The notes below the pieces were generated by a model. The model made no database searches. It had not been told where the DNA came from and saw only the letters and a list, made by a program, of their open reading frames with translations. From NCBI RefSeq assembly GCF_006345805.1, contig NW_021825323.1:248001-312000 (forward strand): DNA of 64,000 nt, written 5' to 3'. Positions within the stretch are counted from its first letter, which is position 1. Each line of letters begins with the position of its first letter. Positions 11,471 to 23,599 of this stretch are shown here, piece by piece. The position numbers and the translations under genes are program-made. The stretch is from Octopus sinensis (lineage: Eukaryota).

Positions 11471-14400
11471 ATGAAAAGACTTCCTGTTGAATCAATTAAA
11501 ATCATGCAAGCATCCCAAAAAATAAGATCCTACGCACACTGTGTGGAAGAATTTGTGTTAAATTGCATTAAATCTGATTCGAAAACCGTAAAAGTTGATC
11601 TCGATTACAATGGATGTGTGCTTAAAATTACCAACGACGGTTATGGGCTCTCGAAACAACAGCTGAGCAATCTTTGTAATAGGTTAACAGTGCTTTGAAT
11701 CTCATCTAAAGGTCTATGGAAGACGAAGCCAATTATTTAATTCATTTTGATTTCCTCATTTCCTCTGTGGTGGAAATTTCTAGAACATTAACAATTATTT
11801 CCAAGTCGTCTGAACACAAAGTGGCCTATGCGCGTCAATTTAATCGACGTGGGAACCATTCTTCTGTTAGCGTCTCAGAGAGATCGGCCTTTGGCACAAC
11901 AATAGTTGTTTCTGGATTATTCTCTGCCTGTCCAATTCGCCTAAAGTCAACTAATCAGGTAATTTTGTAAAAAATATTCCCAAATTTTATCTTTCTATTT
12001 AAAAAGGAACGAGAATGTAGTCGGGTTGTCTCAGTTTTGAGAAATATAGCTCTAATAAATCCAAAAGTACAATTTTTCTTTACAAATCGTGGAAAGCCAG
12101 TTTTTTCCGTGGCCAAACGATCTCCTTCCCTAATAAATAGAGCCCAGGACCTTCTTGGACTGGAATATCTGTCAACTCTAAGCAACAGAACGACAGATTT
12201 CAAATTAAAAATACACTTTTTTGTCAAATCTCGACACTCTAATACAATCGCCAAAAATACGGATCAAGTTCAGTATCTCTTTTTAAATGGACTTCGAATT
12301 CATTCCACTTTTTTGATCAAACAAATCTTAAGATCTCTCCGTTCCAAGTTCAGCAAGTCTCAAAGAACTTGTCTAACAGGTTGCAGACACTCCTATTGCT
12401 TTATTTTGATTCTTACATGCTCTGTGGATTGCTATTCTATCTTTTACGGAAGATGTGGGTGGGATGTCGATTTCTTGGACGTTAATTATGTCAGAAAGCT
12501 TGTTGTTGCTACATTTCATAAAAGTCCAAGAGTATTTGACTCTGAAGATCTAGTTGACAAGTCTTCGGATTCTGATATGCTCAATTATGAGTTCAAAGAG
12601 ACCACAAACGCAAAACCGTTTATTGAATCGTCATTTTTTTCTCAGTCTTCAAAAAATGTATTTCTGCCCACAATATCGTTTGACGGATCTCAAACTAGCG
12701 ACTTTGACTCGGATTTGTTATATTGTCTTAAAAAGAAACGTGGACCTTATCGCAAAAAAAATAATCACCATCTTCGATTAAACGATTCGACTTTATTCGA
12801 TACTCCAAGTTTTGGAGAAGAATTTCTTAAATCGAATTTTCCAGCTGTTGACCCTTCAGCGTTTATTTTTGGAGACCACGAAATAGATGATTTTCCTAAT
12901 CACTATGAAGATTTTTTTGATATGTGTCCAGATAATGTGCCTGACTATCGAAAACAGAATATTTTTTCACGATATGGAATAAATAGATTTGAAGACAGCT
13001 CTCCAACTTTTTTAAAGTCCATTTCAATTCATGAAAAACCGCATGATATATATGACGCCAGTCTCCGTGAAACTTGTTCTATTAACCATACCAGAATGGG
13101 TAGAGAAAATCTGTTTAGTGACGATTCCCTAACGGGCTTTTTTCAAACATCTCTAGATAATGAGAATTTGAGAACTGACTACATTCATGATACTATGAAA
13201 TATCCATATGAAAAAAGCATGTCAAAATTCAGTCCTGTCAGTAAACGAAGGCCTAACCTAGTTCAACATGATTGCAACTTTTCTAATTTCCCGCGTCATT
13301 TGTTTGACGAAGAAACTAGATATTTTTCTCCTAAATCCTCCGAGTCATTTTACATTGAAGAAAACAAAAGAAATGCCACTCAAATGAAATATATACAAAA
13401 TTTGGATTCAGAGCTGGATAACACCACAGGTACTTTATTCGGATATTCGTTCTTTGGTTGAAATTCTCGTTTTGGTTCTTGTTGTTTAGTTTTAATACAT
13501 TTTTATGTGCCTAATTCTTTTAAAATAGTCCGCCCGACGACTCCTTTGAAATCTGTTTCTCTTGTTAGAAGAAATGATGTATCTATATTTAAATATAATT
13601 TCATAAAAATAGGCCAAGTCTTTGAAATTGAAAAAACAGTTGTTTTAGATATTTTACATTAATTAGAAATCCCTCAACAGTTCGCCTAGACAAAATTTCA
13701 CTAGTAAAATCTCGAGTCTGTGAAAAAATTTATAATTTCAAAGGTTGTTGGCCTTTTCGAATCAAGCGTAATTATTTGCCTTTTGAAAGACACAAAAAAT
13801 AGTTAGTAAAAAAGCGATAATTTGACTAGTCGAGCACCTCGTTGCAATAGATCAGCATGCTGCAGATGAACGTATTAAACTGGAAGAATTATACAATGGT
13901 TTAATTTTTTTCATAAAATGATTAAGAAAACTTTAAAAACGGGAAATGTATTAAAACCTTTTATTTGAATAATACAAAAATCAATGTCTCTTGTCTTGTA
14001 TCGGAGTTTATTTCTAAGAAGAAAAAATATTTTGAAAATTTGGGTTGTTATTTTCACGATATTTGTATTATAGGTTTTCAGTTTCGTGTTGCTGAAACTC
14101 AATTCGGTACATTTCGAACTGTTAGTGTTTTACGCGCCCCAAAAGCTTTGAAAAAAAGAAAAGGTTCTATAAACTTCTCGTCTTCAATAGAGGTAATTCC
14201 AATAACATCGGTTATTTAGAGAAGAGTGTAATTATGGACGTATTTAATGTATAATTATTACTAATTCGAAAGCATTCTGACGGTGTCGACTTTTCATCTA
14301 CTTATTTCCCCCGTGCATTGGAAGATTTATTTGCATCATTGGCTTGTCATTGTTAGAAAAATTATTTTGTTAATATTTTTTGGTAGCTGCGGTCCGTTTT

Positions 14401-14526
14401 GGCGACAAAATAACCTTTGATGACGCTAATGTGCTTATTTGCAAATTAAAAGACACTTTATTGCCATTTCAATGTGCTCATGGCAGGCCGAATGTGATTC
14501 CGTTGATTGACATCTCAGAGTTTTAA
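11471..14526 (+). CDS. MLH3: MutL-family protein MLH3, multi-exon
   Basis: N-terminal MutL-like segments (CVEEFVLN, GTTIVVSGLF..P.R); C-terminal DQHAADERIKLE (~13850) and FQCAHGRP; short introns 11683-11711 and 11959-12006; internal exons only partly resolved. Confidence 0.88.
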
Positions 14527-14629
14527 TTCCTGTGACGCTTTCTATCAATTTCGCTGTTTTTGTTTGAATCGTTTTGACTTTATTAATTGATTTTGAGATA
14601 AAACTACTTAATCAAAGTTAGTTAGTTAA

Positions 14630-15410
14630 AAGCTCTTTCGCGTCTCCCTAGAAGAGTTTCGCCTGAGCCATCCTTAGAGCTATCCTCCTCGCATCTTCGC
14701 CTACGCTCTCTTGTTTCTGGCCCTCATTTGAATATCGTCCTGATCGCTCCCCGTCACCAGTTTATTGTCGATTGTTGCGTAGTCTTCTTTTAACCATGTT
14801 GCAAGCGTTTTCTTTGGTCGTCCTCGATACCCATGACTTCCGAAGTGGAAGTATTCATCCATTATTTTGTGTCCACATGGCATAGTAGGGTCCAGTCTAA
14901 GGATATCTCCAAATATTTGCCATCTCGATAAAATAACGTCCATGCTGATTGGTCTAATTTTATATAGACTGTATAATTTTTCATTTGAGATTTTCCTTGG
15001 CTGAAGATTCCGATCAATACACGGAGTTGGTTCCTATGAAATGCATCTAGCGTCTCTAAATCGTTTTTGACGGTCCCCATTTTCCACAATTATAGAGCAA
15101 TATTGGCTTCACAAAATTATCTATATTCTGATGCGGATTTTAACCGAAACATGCAAAAAACTAAATTTCTTAGAGCTTAGTTTGACGACACCCACAGAAA
15201 AATTGGCGTAATTCTTAATCCAAATCTTTTATTAGGATAAACACTCGACATAAAAGGAATATACCCTCTTTTTGAAGACGAAGATTTGGACATTTATAAT
15301 CCATTTTGCCATCGACATTCTTCGAAGAAGTTTAGTTTGCCCTCAACAACAACAAGCGCACCTCAAAACCAGAGGCCCGTAGGTTACTGAGGTTTCACTT
15401 GCGCCAGACG
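14630..15410 (-). mobile_element. RTE-like non-LTR 3' fragment
   Basis: DAFHRNQLR, RWQIFGDILR and RGRPKKT motifs; (TAAC)n tail; homologous pieces at 34700-34930 and 36290-36700. Confidence 0.75.
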
Positions 15411-16582
15411 CAAAAAGAGAACTTGGAATAGTTCACCAAATGCATATTCTGTCACCGCAACAATCTAATTATTATAAAAATAAAAGACATCAGAATCAGT
15501 TTCAAAATTATCAAGTACAGTAAAGTCTCTCGAATCCGCCGACTCTCGAATCCGCCATACCCTCGAATCCGCCAATTATAATTAATAAATTCTCTTATCC
15601 GCCATTTTTCCTAGAAAAAATTCTCGAATCCGCCAAATTCTCGAATCCGCCATGTGTCCTAATTTTAAATAATTTTTTTAATTAAATTTACTGATATATA
15701 ATCAATTTATTAACACGTTACATCTGTCTTTGTTGTTGTATTAATGAAACGTAACTGTACAAGACTAAAAAACAATCAAAAAATTGAGATTTTGAAGTTT
15801 ATTCAAACAAATAATGAATTATCTTCACTAAAAATTTCTGAGATTTTTTCAAAAAAATACAACTTGCCTGTTTCTCGCCGATCTATTGATGATCTGAAAA
15901 GTAAAAGAGGATCTAACATTATGTTTCATAACCTAAGATCTGACATTTCCCGCAAACAATATTTAAAGTTTGCTGAAATCGATGATAATACTATTGCTTG
16001 GGTCAATTCAATGGATCTTAAAGGAGCCATTTTAAATAATAGGATTATTACTGAGAAAGCAAAAGCCTTTGCATTGAATCTCGGGATTACTGAATTCAAA
16101 GGAAGCAAAGGGTGGTTAGTTAAATTTAAAAAAAGGAATGGTTTGAAATTACGTAATATGCATGGAGAATCTGCAACTCCAAATTTTGACCCTAATTTAG
16201 TATCAGATTTCATTGAATTAATCAAAAATAAAATCAGTCTTTACGGAGCTCAAAATGTTATAATGCCGATGAAACTGGCTTATTTTACAAAATGATACCG
16301 TCTAAGAGTGTTTGTAAAACCATTAAATCTGGCTATAAAGTCCTGAAAGACAGAGTTTCTGTTATGTTATGTACAAATGTTGACGGTACAGATAAGCGAA
16401 CACCCTTACTAATTGGGTTGTTTAAAAATCCAAGATGTTTCAAGAATTTCGATATCAAAAAATATGTTATATATTCAAATTCAAAGAGAGCATGGATGGA
16501 TAGCAGAATTTTTAATTAATTTCTATTAAAATGGGAAATGGAATTGCGAAAACAAGATAGAAAAATTTTGCTTGTTGTAGAT

Positions 16583-18498
16583 CAGGGGTGCGCAAGTGCG
16601 GCGTGGGCACAATTAGGTCATCGAGCAACTAATCTTAAATATAATGCTCATAGTGTTAATTAATCAAGAAAAACCCTAAATAATAATTAAAAATATTCAT
16701 ATTAAATAAAATTCTATTTTTATATAATGGTTAACCTTTATTAAAAGTAATTATCATAAACGGCCTAATTTATTTTCATTATGTAGCGCTGTTGTCTTTA
16801 TTTGGTTTACCTTTATTTATATATTTAATTGGATTCAAAGGAATATTTCGGGATGTAGTTTCTTTTAATGGTTAAATTATTTGAAATTTCATCATTTTTG
16901 TGATATTTTCCGATTTTATTTCTTTAATCGTTTTTTTTACTTATTTTGAATTTTTTAAAACACAATTTTTTTCTTTTTCATTTCACCAACAAGCACTTTA
17001 TTCACAATGAAGTAAAACAAATTATTATATATATCCGAAACAATGCATTGAGACATAGACAGTTTCGTACAATTCTTTCCGGTAGTGAAATATCTGCTGA
17101 AGACATTTTATATCATGCACCATGCAGAAAATTTAATATCAACTGGGAAAATGAATACTTCGTAGTCGAAACAGACAACAATAGCATGCAATGGTTATTG
17201 TGGCATGAGATTGTGAAAACTATAAAACGGGACAATGCTAAACAACATTTTCAAAGACATTTAGACCACCTAGTTGTCAGGTCCAAGTGTTCAAGAGAAG
17301 ATTCCGTCGAAAATTTGAAATACAAATTAAGACAACAAAAAAATGTTTAAAAACTTTTTTAAATGTGGCAAATGCAAGAGTTGAAGCATCCTTTCGAGTT
17401 GCTCATATCCTTGGATCTGCTGGAAAACCTTTTTCAGACGGCGAACTTGTGAAAAGATGTATCATGGAATCAGTTAAATGCATTGATCCCGACAAGGAGC
17501 ATAACTTTGAAGCAATTCCACTTTCACGTGACACAATTCAGCGCCGAAAGTTTCATATTGCCGAGCATCTAATCTATCACTCCTACAAAAATTAAATTCT
17601 CAAACTACGTTATTTTCACTTGCCATTGATGAGTCGAATGATATATGTGATTCTGCTCGGCTGATCATATTTATTCGTACTCTATCCTTCGATTTTGAAA
17701 TACATGAGGATTTTCTATCCATAGAGTCACTACCTGGAAATGTACGGGGTCAAGATATATTTGAAATAGTTAAACAATGTTGTTGGAATTCAAATTGGAC
17801 ATGACATGTCTCATCATTGATTGATCTCATTGATGACAAAATAATTAATTATGACGATCCTACATCAAATACATTTAATACTATATTCGATTATATTTTG
17901 AAACAATTTGAAGAGTGATTTAACGAATTTAAAAAAATTGAACTCAAACTTCAATTAACTGCAGCACCATATAGTGTTTTGACTGAGAATGCGCCATTGG
18001 AATTTCAAATTGAATTACATTGGAATTTCAAATTGAATGTGCCATTCGGAAGCACATATTTATGTGAGTCTACATTTTTCAAAATGAAATATTTAAAAAG
18101 TCAATATAAATCTCGGATAACGGATGCAAACTTAGAGTCATGTTTGCGCATAATGATATCTACCCTACCAGTGGATTTCAATAAGCTCGCAAAAATACCA
18201 AAGATCCTGGCCGTCATTAGAATAACTTGTATAATACATTTCTTTTAATTAACTTTCCTTCTTTCTTATCTTTTGTCCATGAAATAATTATTTATTTTAA
18301 TAATATGATGTCCCTGATGAACGAGAGCATTTCCTGTCCAAAAACTCATTCGGTCTTGATGACAAAGGGCAACTTATGCGGTCACTTTTAATAATTAAAA
18401 AAAATTACTATATTAATATGCAGAAAATGTGCGGCCGTGGAAGAGAAGGAAAAATAAATGCTATGCGGCCGCAAACCCAAAAAGCTTGCGCACCCCTG
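16583..18498 (+). mobile_element. hAT (Spin/GTF2IRD2-like) transposon, decayed
   Basis: TIR CAGGGGTGCGCAAG; 8-bp TSD TTGTAGAT; GKPFSDGELVKRC and FGSTYLCESTF motifs. Confidence 0.92.
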
Positions 18499-18689
18499 TT
18501 GTAGATCAATCTCCTGCACATAAGGTGAATTTCATGAAATTTACATTAGGTATTGATTGAATAAAAACAAATTGAGATGTTATTTCTACCACCTAATACA
18601 ACATCTTTTTTACAGCCCATGGATCAGGGCATAATTAAATCGTATAAATGTAAATTCAATTCTCTAAAATTTTCTAATATAATTCTCTA

Positions 18690-19290
18690 ATGAAGGTTGT
18701 CCTGGAGCAGACTAGAACCGTACTTGGAGGAACTTGAAATCTGGTGCAATGGTAAAGGCTTGAATCTCGCTATGGACAAAAGTACCATTTTTTGGATTTC
18801 AATGGGTCGTGACAAAAAACCGACTTTCGAGGATTATGGGAACCTGATTATATCGAAGAACCTACGTTACCTGGGAGTAACTATAGACCCCACCGGGTCA
18901 TACAAACCCCATGTGCATGCAAAGCGGAAACAAGGAGCGAAAATCCTAAAAGGACTGAGGCGTTTTTGTCTAAGCACAGAAACATTTCTACACATCTACC
19001 AGACTTGTGTTCAGCCACTAATAATCTATGGCTCGGAGGGTGGTACCAAACTGATGAAAGGGACCTTCTAATCGCCAAACTCGAAAAAACCAGACGATTT
19101 GCCATCAAACTGGCATTCGGCCTGGAGCTCAGCAGTCCGCTGGAAGACCTGCATGAGCGGAGTGTTGACACGATTGACGCGATCCTGGCAAAAACTCGAA
19201 TTCGCTGAGGGAGATAAGACAGTCTCCTGGGGCAAAACCGAAGTTGAGACCTTCGTGGCTCTCGTTATCACGCCCCCTAAGCTCTAATTC
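18690..19290 (+). mobile_element. Non-LTR RT 3' fragment inside the pogo element
   Basis: LRYLGVTID, VQPLIIYG.EGW and KLEKTRRFAIKLAFG; same family as 48556-49530. Confidence 0.8.
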
Positions 19291-19505
19291 CTCGGCCACT
19301 TTTTTTGGACCTATTGTATTAAATAAACCATATTCTTCTTCTAATATAATTCAAAAAATGAAGCTGGGACAAACCCCTATGTGCACACAAACAACTAAGC
19401 ATAAAAGATTCAATATTATTTACATATTATGCTTGGAACAAAATAGAAAGTTCCTTAATTTTAAATTGTTTCATTCATGCAAAATGGACTCAAAACAATG
19501 AAAAT

Positions 19506-21316
19506 ACAGTCGGACCTCGTTATGAGCCAGACCTCGGGTATGATCCATACTCGCTTTATGATACAAACTCTATTTTTGAGCCACGTTTTTTGAAACTGCT
19601 TTTTTCCTAAGGGTTTGTAAAAATCAATTAAAAATAGACCTCGTTATGAGCCATCTAAAAATTGCTATAAACTAAATATTTTGTAATATAATTATTTTTA
19701 TTTTATATATTTTATCGTTTATTTTAAAGAATTTTTTCCTTGTCACGTTGTTATCTTTGTTGAAGTATTTTCAACTGTTCTATGTTTTCTAGATGCCTAA
19801 AATGAAAATTGATCACGAAAAAAAACTCGAAATAGCCCAATATATTAAACGGAACCAGCTTTCAGAGTGCAGAATTGCGGAAATCTTCAAAGTTAGCAGG
19901 GCTACAATTTCACGTATAAAAAATATTTCCCTTTTCTTGATAATGGAACTATTTATTCTGATTTATCCGAGCAAACTAGTGATTCTGAGAAGCTTAAAAA
20001 TCTCGATCTTAAAGTTTTCGAAATTTTTCACAAATTGCGACTTGAAAAAGTTCCCTTATCTGGACCGACCATTACGAAAATTGGCTCGATGGTCGCTTCA
20101 AAATTATCATTGAATAATTTCAAATCGTCTAATGGTTGGCTTCAAAGATTCAAGAAACGACATAATTTACAATACAAAACATTGTGTGGTGAAAAGGGTT
20201 CCGCAGATACATCCATGCTCCCTCATTTTTTCCAAGAATTAGATACAAAAGTTGTTTATTATGGTAAAGAAAATGTATTTAATTGCGACGAAACTGCACT
20301 TTATTTCAAAAATACACCAACTAAGTCATTTGTACAATGTGGTGAAAATTCGTTTGGTTTTAAGCAGCACAAGGAAAGGGTTAGCCTGCTTCTATGCTGC
20401 AGTTATCTTGGAGAGAAACTAGAGCCTTTAATTATCGGCAAATATCGAAAACCTCAGCTTAAAACAATTCAATCCTGATGTTTTTAACGTCATGTACTCT
20501 TCTTCTAAAAATTCGTGGATGACAACTGAAATTTTTAAAAGCTGGGTTTTTTAATTAAATACCAGAATGCTTTCTGAAAACCGAAAAATATTAATGTTGT
20601 TGGATAATGCTAGTTCTCATAGACTATCTGATTATTCAAACATTGATTTTTTATATTTACCTAAAAACACTACATCGTTAGTTCAGCCATTGGATATGGG
20701 CATAATTAAAGCACTGAAGACAAATTACAGTAATTTACTTATCGAATTCGTATGCATTTGTGAAAATAGAAGCAATTTTTTGGAAGCAATCAAAAGTCTC
20801 AATTTACGGATTGTGATGCAACAATTTCTGAAGCCTGGGCCAATGTAACTTCAAATCAAATTCAAAATTGTTGGAAAAAAATTTTTGAGTGTAGATGGGA
20901 GGAAACAATAAATATCAATTCGAAGATTCATACGGACGTGACAGAAATGGTGAACGAAGTCTTTGTCGAAGAATTGCTTGAAAGCGAAATAAATTTTTAT
21001 AATGGGCCTGAATCAACAGACATCATAGATCCACTGACTCTTATTAATAATATGGAGGAAAATATATGCAAACTTTCTCCAGAATTATTAAATGATTTCT
21101 ACGCGCTAAGGAAAAAAATAATGATTAATTTACGGGATAAAAATCGTTTTGGAGAAAAGATTACGCATTATTTCAAAAAAGTATAACTTATGAACTGTTC
21201 TATCTGTTTCTTGTGAACTATTTTTTAAAGTACTGTTAATTAGGTATTAGCGAACCTCGGTTATGATACAACCTCGGTTTATGAGCCACCAAGTGGCTCA
21301 AACCGAGGTCCGACTG
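19506..21316 (+). mobile_element. Second pogo/Tigger transposon nested in the first
   Basis: TIR CAGTCGGACCTCG; TA TSD; NCDETAL, DNASSH and QPLDMG motifs over frameshifted ORFs 19793-21186. Confidence 0.92.
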
Positions 21317-22234
21317 TATTAATTATGAAAATCCCTTAATTGAAAATTATGATAATATCTGGAAAAAATGAATATTATTGATCCGTTAGAAGAAAGTCTT
21401 TATATTGAGATTGAATATAATGAAAGTGAAGAACTTGAATTAAATAATTCAGAAAAAATAGAACAAGAAATTAGCGAAGAACCGTGTGAACAAAGTCAGA
21501 AAGTTGTTACCATTAACGAGGCTTTTATCGCTTTAAACAAATTAAAAGAGTTCTATAATCAAGAAGAATTCTTTAATATAGAAAATCTTGAGTATATTGA
21601 AAACATTGGATCTTCAATGATCCAAACTCTAAGAAGAAACAAGTCGAAACTTACTGATTTTTTTGTTTTTAATTAATTATTTTGACTTAATAATTTAAAT
21701 TATTAATGGATTAAAAAATCGATAAGTCTCTCGAATCCGCCAATTTCGGGGATCGGCAAAATCTGGCGGATTCGAGAGACTTTACTGTATTTTTATGACG
21801 TTTGGGTGCTGTAATTTTTGCATTATCTCGATTTCTCTTTTAATGTTTTGTAGTTCTTTGTAGGAACGATTGAGTTTGGGGATGAATTTTATAGCGACAA
21901 TTTTAAAAATGAATTTAAGATTTAAAACTTTTCCAAAATGTTTTGTTAAACCTTTGTAAACTTTGCCAAATGATCCTTCGCCAATCAATTGTGAAATATG
22001 ATAATTTTCCATTCATAGTTGTTTCATATCTTTAGAATAGCCAAAATTCATAATTTATCACTTTCTAGGTTAATTAAATTTAAGTTAATTATTTTAAATA
22101 TGGTATTCCAAGCGAATAATTAACATAATTCATAAGGATAATGTGAAGATCGTATCAAGATTTCTTATAATTTGTTTCACATTTTTCGGATAATATATGC
22201 TTTTCATTTTATAATTTTTAATTAAAGAAAAACA

Positions 22235-22312
22235 ATAGCTAATTAAGTGTCACCAGTGGCTGCACCTCGGATTGCAAGCGAGTTACCTCGCAAGATTGCG
22301 ATCGCTATGGTT
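22235..22312 (-). mobile_element. CRE-like retrotransposon 3' stub
   Basis: IAIAILRGNSLAIRGAATGDT*; near-identical to the end of the copy at 39098. Confidence 0.75.
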
Positions 22313-22454
22313 TTCACATTTATGCCTTCTTCATAAACAAGTTTGTCACAGGTAAGAAATGGAATCGCACTGGAGGCAGAACCAATTTTTTTAGTTAAAA
22401 TTGCAGACTAAATATTTATTAAAACATTCTAATACTTATTGTGCTTATTGCAGA

Positions 22455-22830
22455 TGGCGATTTATTTTGACCCGTGCAGTATTGTACTTTTGGTTTGCGT
22501 TGGAGTGAGTGTGGGTTACATTTAGCCAATAAAATAAGCCTGAACGCGTATACGAGATGGACAGGTTTTTCTTACAGTCAGAGTTGCCACTGGTTATTTT
22601 TATTGTACCTATTGAAGATGGTAATTTATTTTGGCCTATGCAGTATTGAGCTTTATGGGTTGTGTTGGAGTAAGTATAGATTACAGGTAGCTAATAAAAT
22701 AAGCCTGACGAGTATACGAGATGGTCAGTTTTGTTTACGGTGCTACTTGGCGCTGGTTTTTCTTATTGTCCTATGCAAACTGGCGATTTATTTTGGTCCT
22801 TACAGTATTGCGCTAGTGTTGGAGTGAGTG
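22455..22830 (+). repeat. About 162-bp diverged tandem subrepeats (rDNA spacer/ETS-like), about 2.3 copies
   Basis: GG(C/T)(G/A)ATTTATTTTG..CAGTATTG..GTTGGAGT recurs at ~22456, 22618 and 22781, just upstream of the 18S start. Confidence 0.7.
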
Positions 22831-22926
22831 GCTATGTTCTGCATATGGACTCGAACCGCTAAAGGCTGGTTTTTATTGAATTCCCTTGAACATCCTTTGT
22901 TTGGCGTTCTAGTCGAAGTAATAGAT

Positions 22927-23500
22927 ACCTGGTTGATCCTGCCAGTAGTCATATGCTTATCTTACAGATTAAGTCATGCAAGTGAGAGTTCATGCTTTCC
23001 AATAAACTGCTTATTAAATCGAACATAACTAACTTGATAATTTCACACGACGGTGAATAACTGCTGTAAAGCTAGAGCTAATACATACGTACAGCTTCTT
23101 GCAGCGCAATTATTAGAATTAGTTGACTCTGTGTAAACTTGCTGATCACAAGAAGTGCCTCCGACGTATCAATTAGATGTGCGCTCGTCAATTTTTGACG
23201 GTGAGATAGTGGCCTACCGTGGTTATAACGGGTAACGGGAAATCAGGGTTCGATTCTGGAAAGGGAGTATGAGAAATGACTGCCAGATTTATGGATTGTA
23301 ACAGGTGCATAAATTATCCACTTTTGTCATAAAGACATAACGGATCCGGGCATTTACCAGGAGATCGTAATGAAATAACTGTAAAAGCTTTAATAAATGT
23401 TATTGGAGGGCAAGTCTGGTGCCAGCTGCCGCGGCAATTCCAGTTCCAGTGTATACTAAAGTTACTGCAGTTGGAAAGCTCGTCGTTAATATCGGTGTGC
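22927..23500 (+). pseudogene. 18S rRNA pseudogene, 5' third only
   Basis: TACCTGGTTGATCCTGCCAGTAGTCATATGC start; CAGGGTTCGATT; GGGCAAGTCTGGTGCCAGC.GCCGCGG; many substitutions in invariant positions. Confidence 0.92.
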
Positions 23501-23599
23501 TAGTGCGTAGGCCTTTGCTATAGTTAGACTATGCCTTCTAGCAGCTTGTTGGTGAGTACAGAGGATTAGCTTTTGGATGATTAACATGCATAAGGGTTC

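Larger units (their letters stand above)
15518..21787 (+). mobile_element. pogo/Tigger transposon (outermost element of a nest)
   Basis: TIR CAGTAAAGTCTCTCGAATCCGCC; TA TSD; CENP-B HTH ORF 15744-16295 (FKGSKGWL.KFKKR); DDE pieces at 16292-16582 and 18507-18690; C-terminal piece 21368-21676. Confidence 0.92.
15415..22012 (-). pseudogene. STK36: Fused/STK36 kinase 5' portion, disrupted by nested transposons and truncated
   Basis: [46 protein letters not shown] joins in frame across the TA-flanked pogo (15518-21787) to [10 protein letters not shown], a 24-nt intron, then [14 protein letters not shown]. Confidence 0.85.

Noticed and set aside
22835-22870. tRNA gene suggested by GGTTCGAGTCC on the minus strand (also at 1200 and 6225)
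   Set aside because: No cloverleaf or acceptor stem can be formed; treated as spacer sequence or SINE heads
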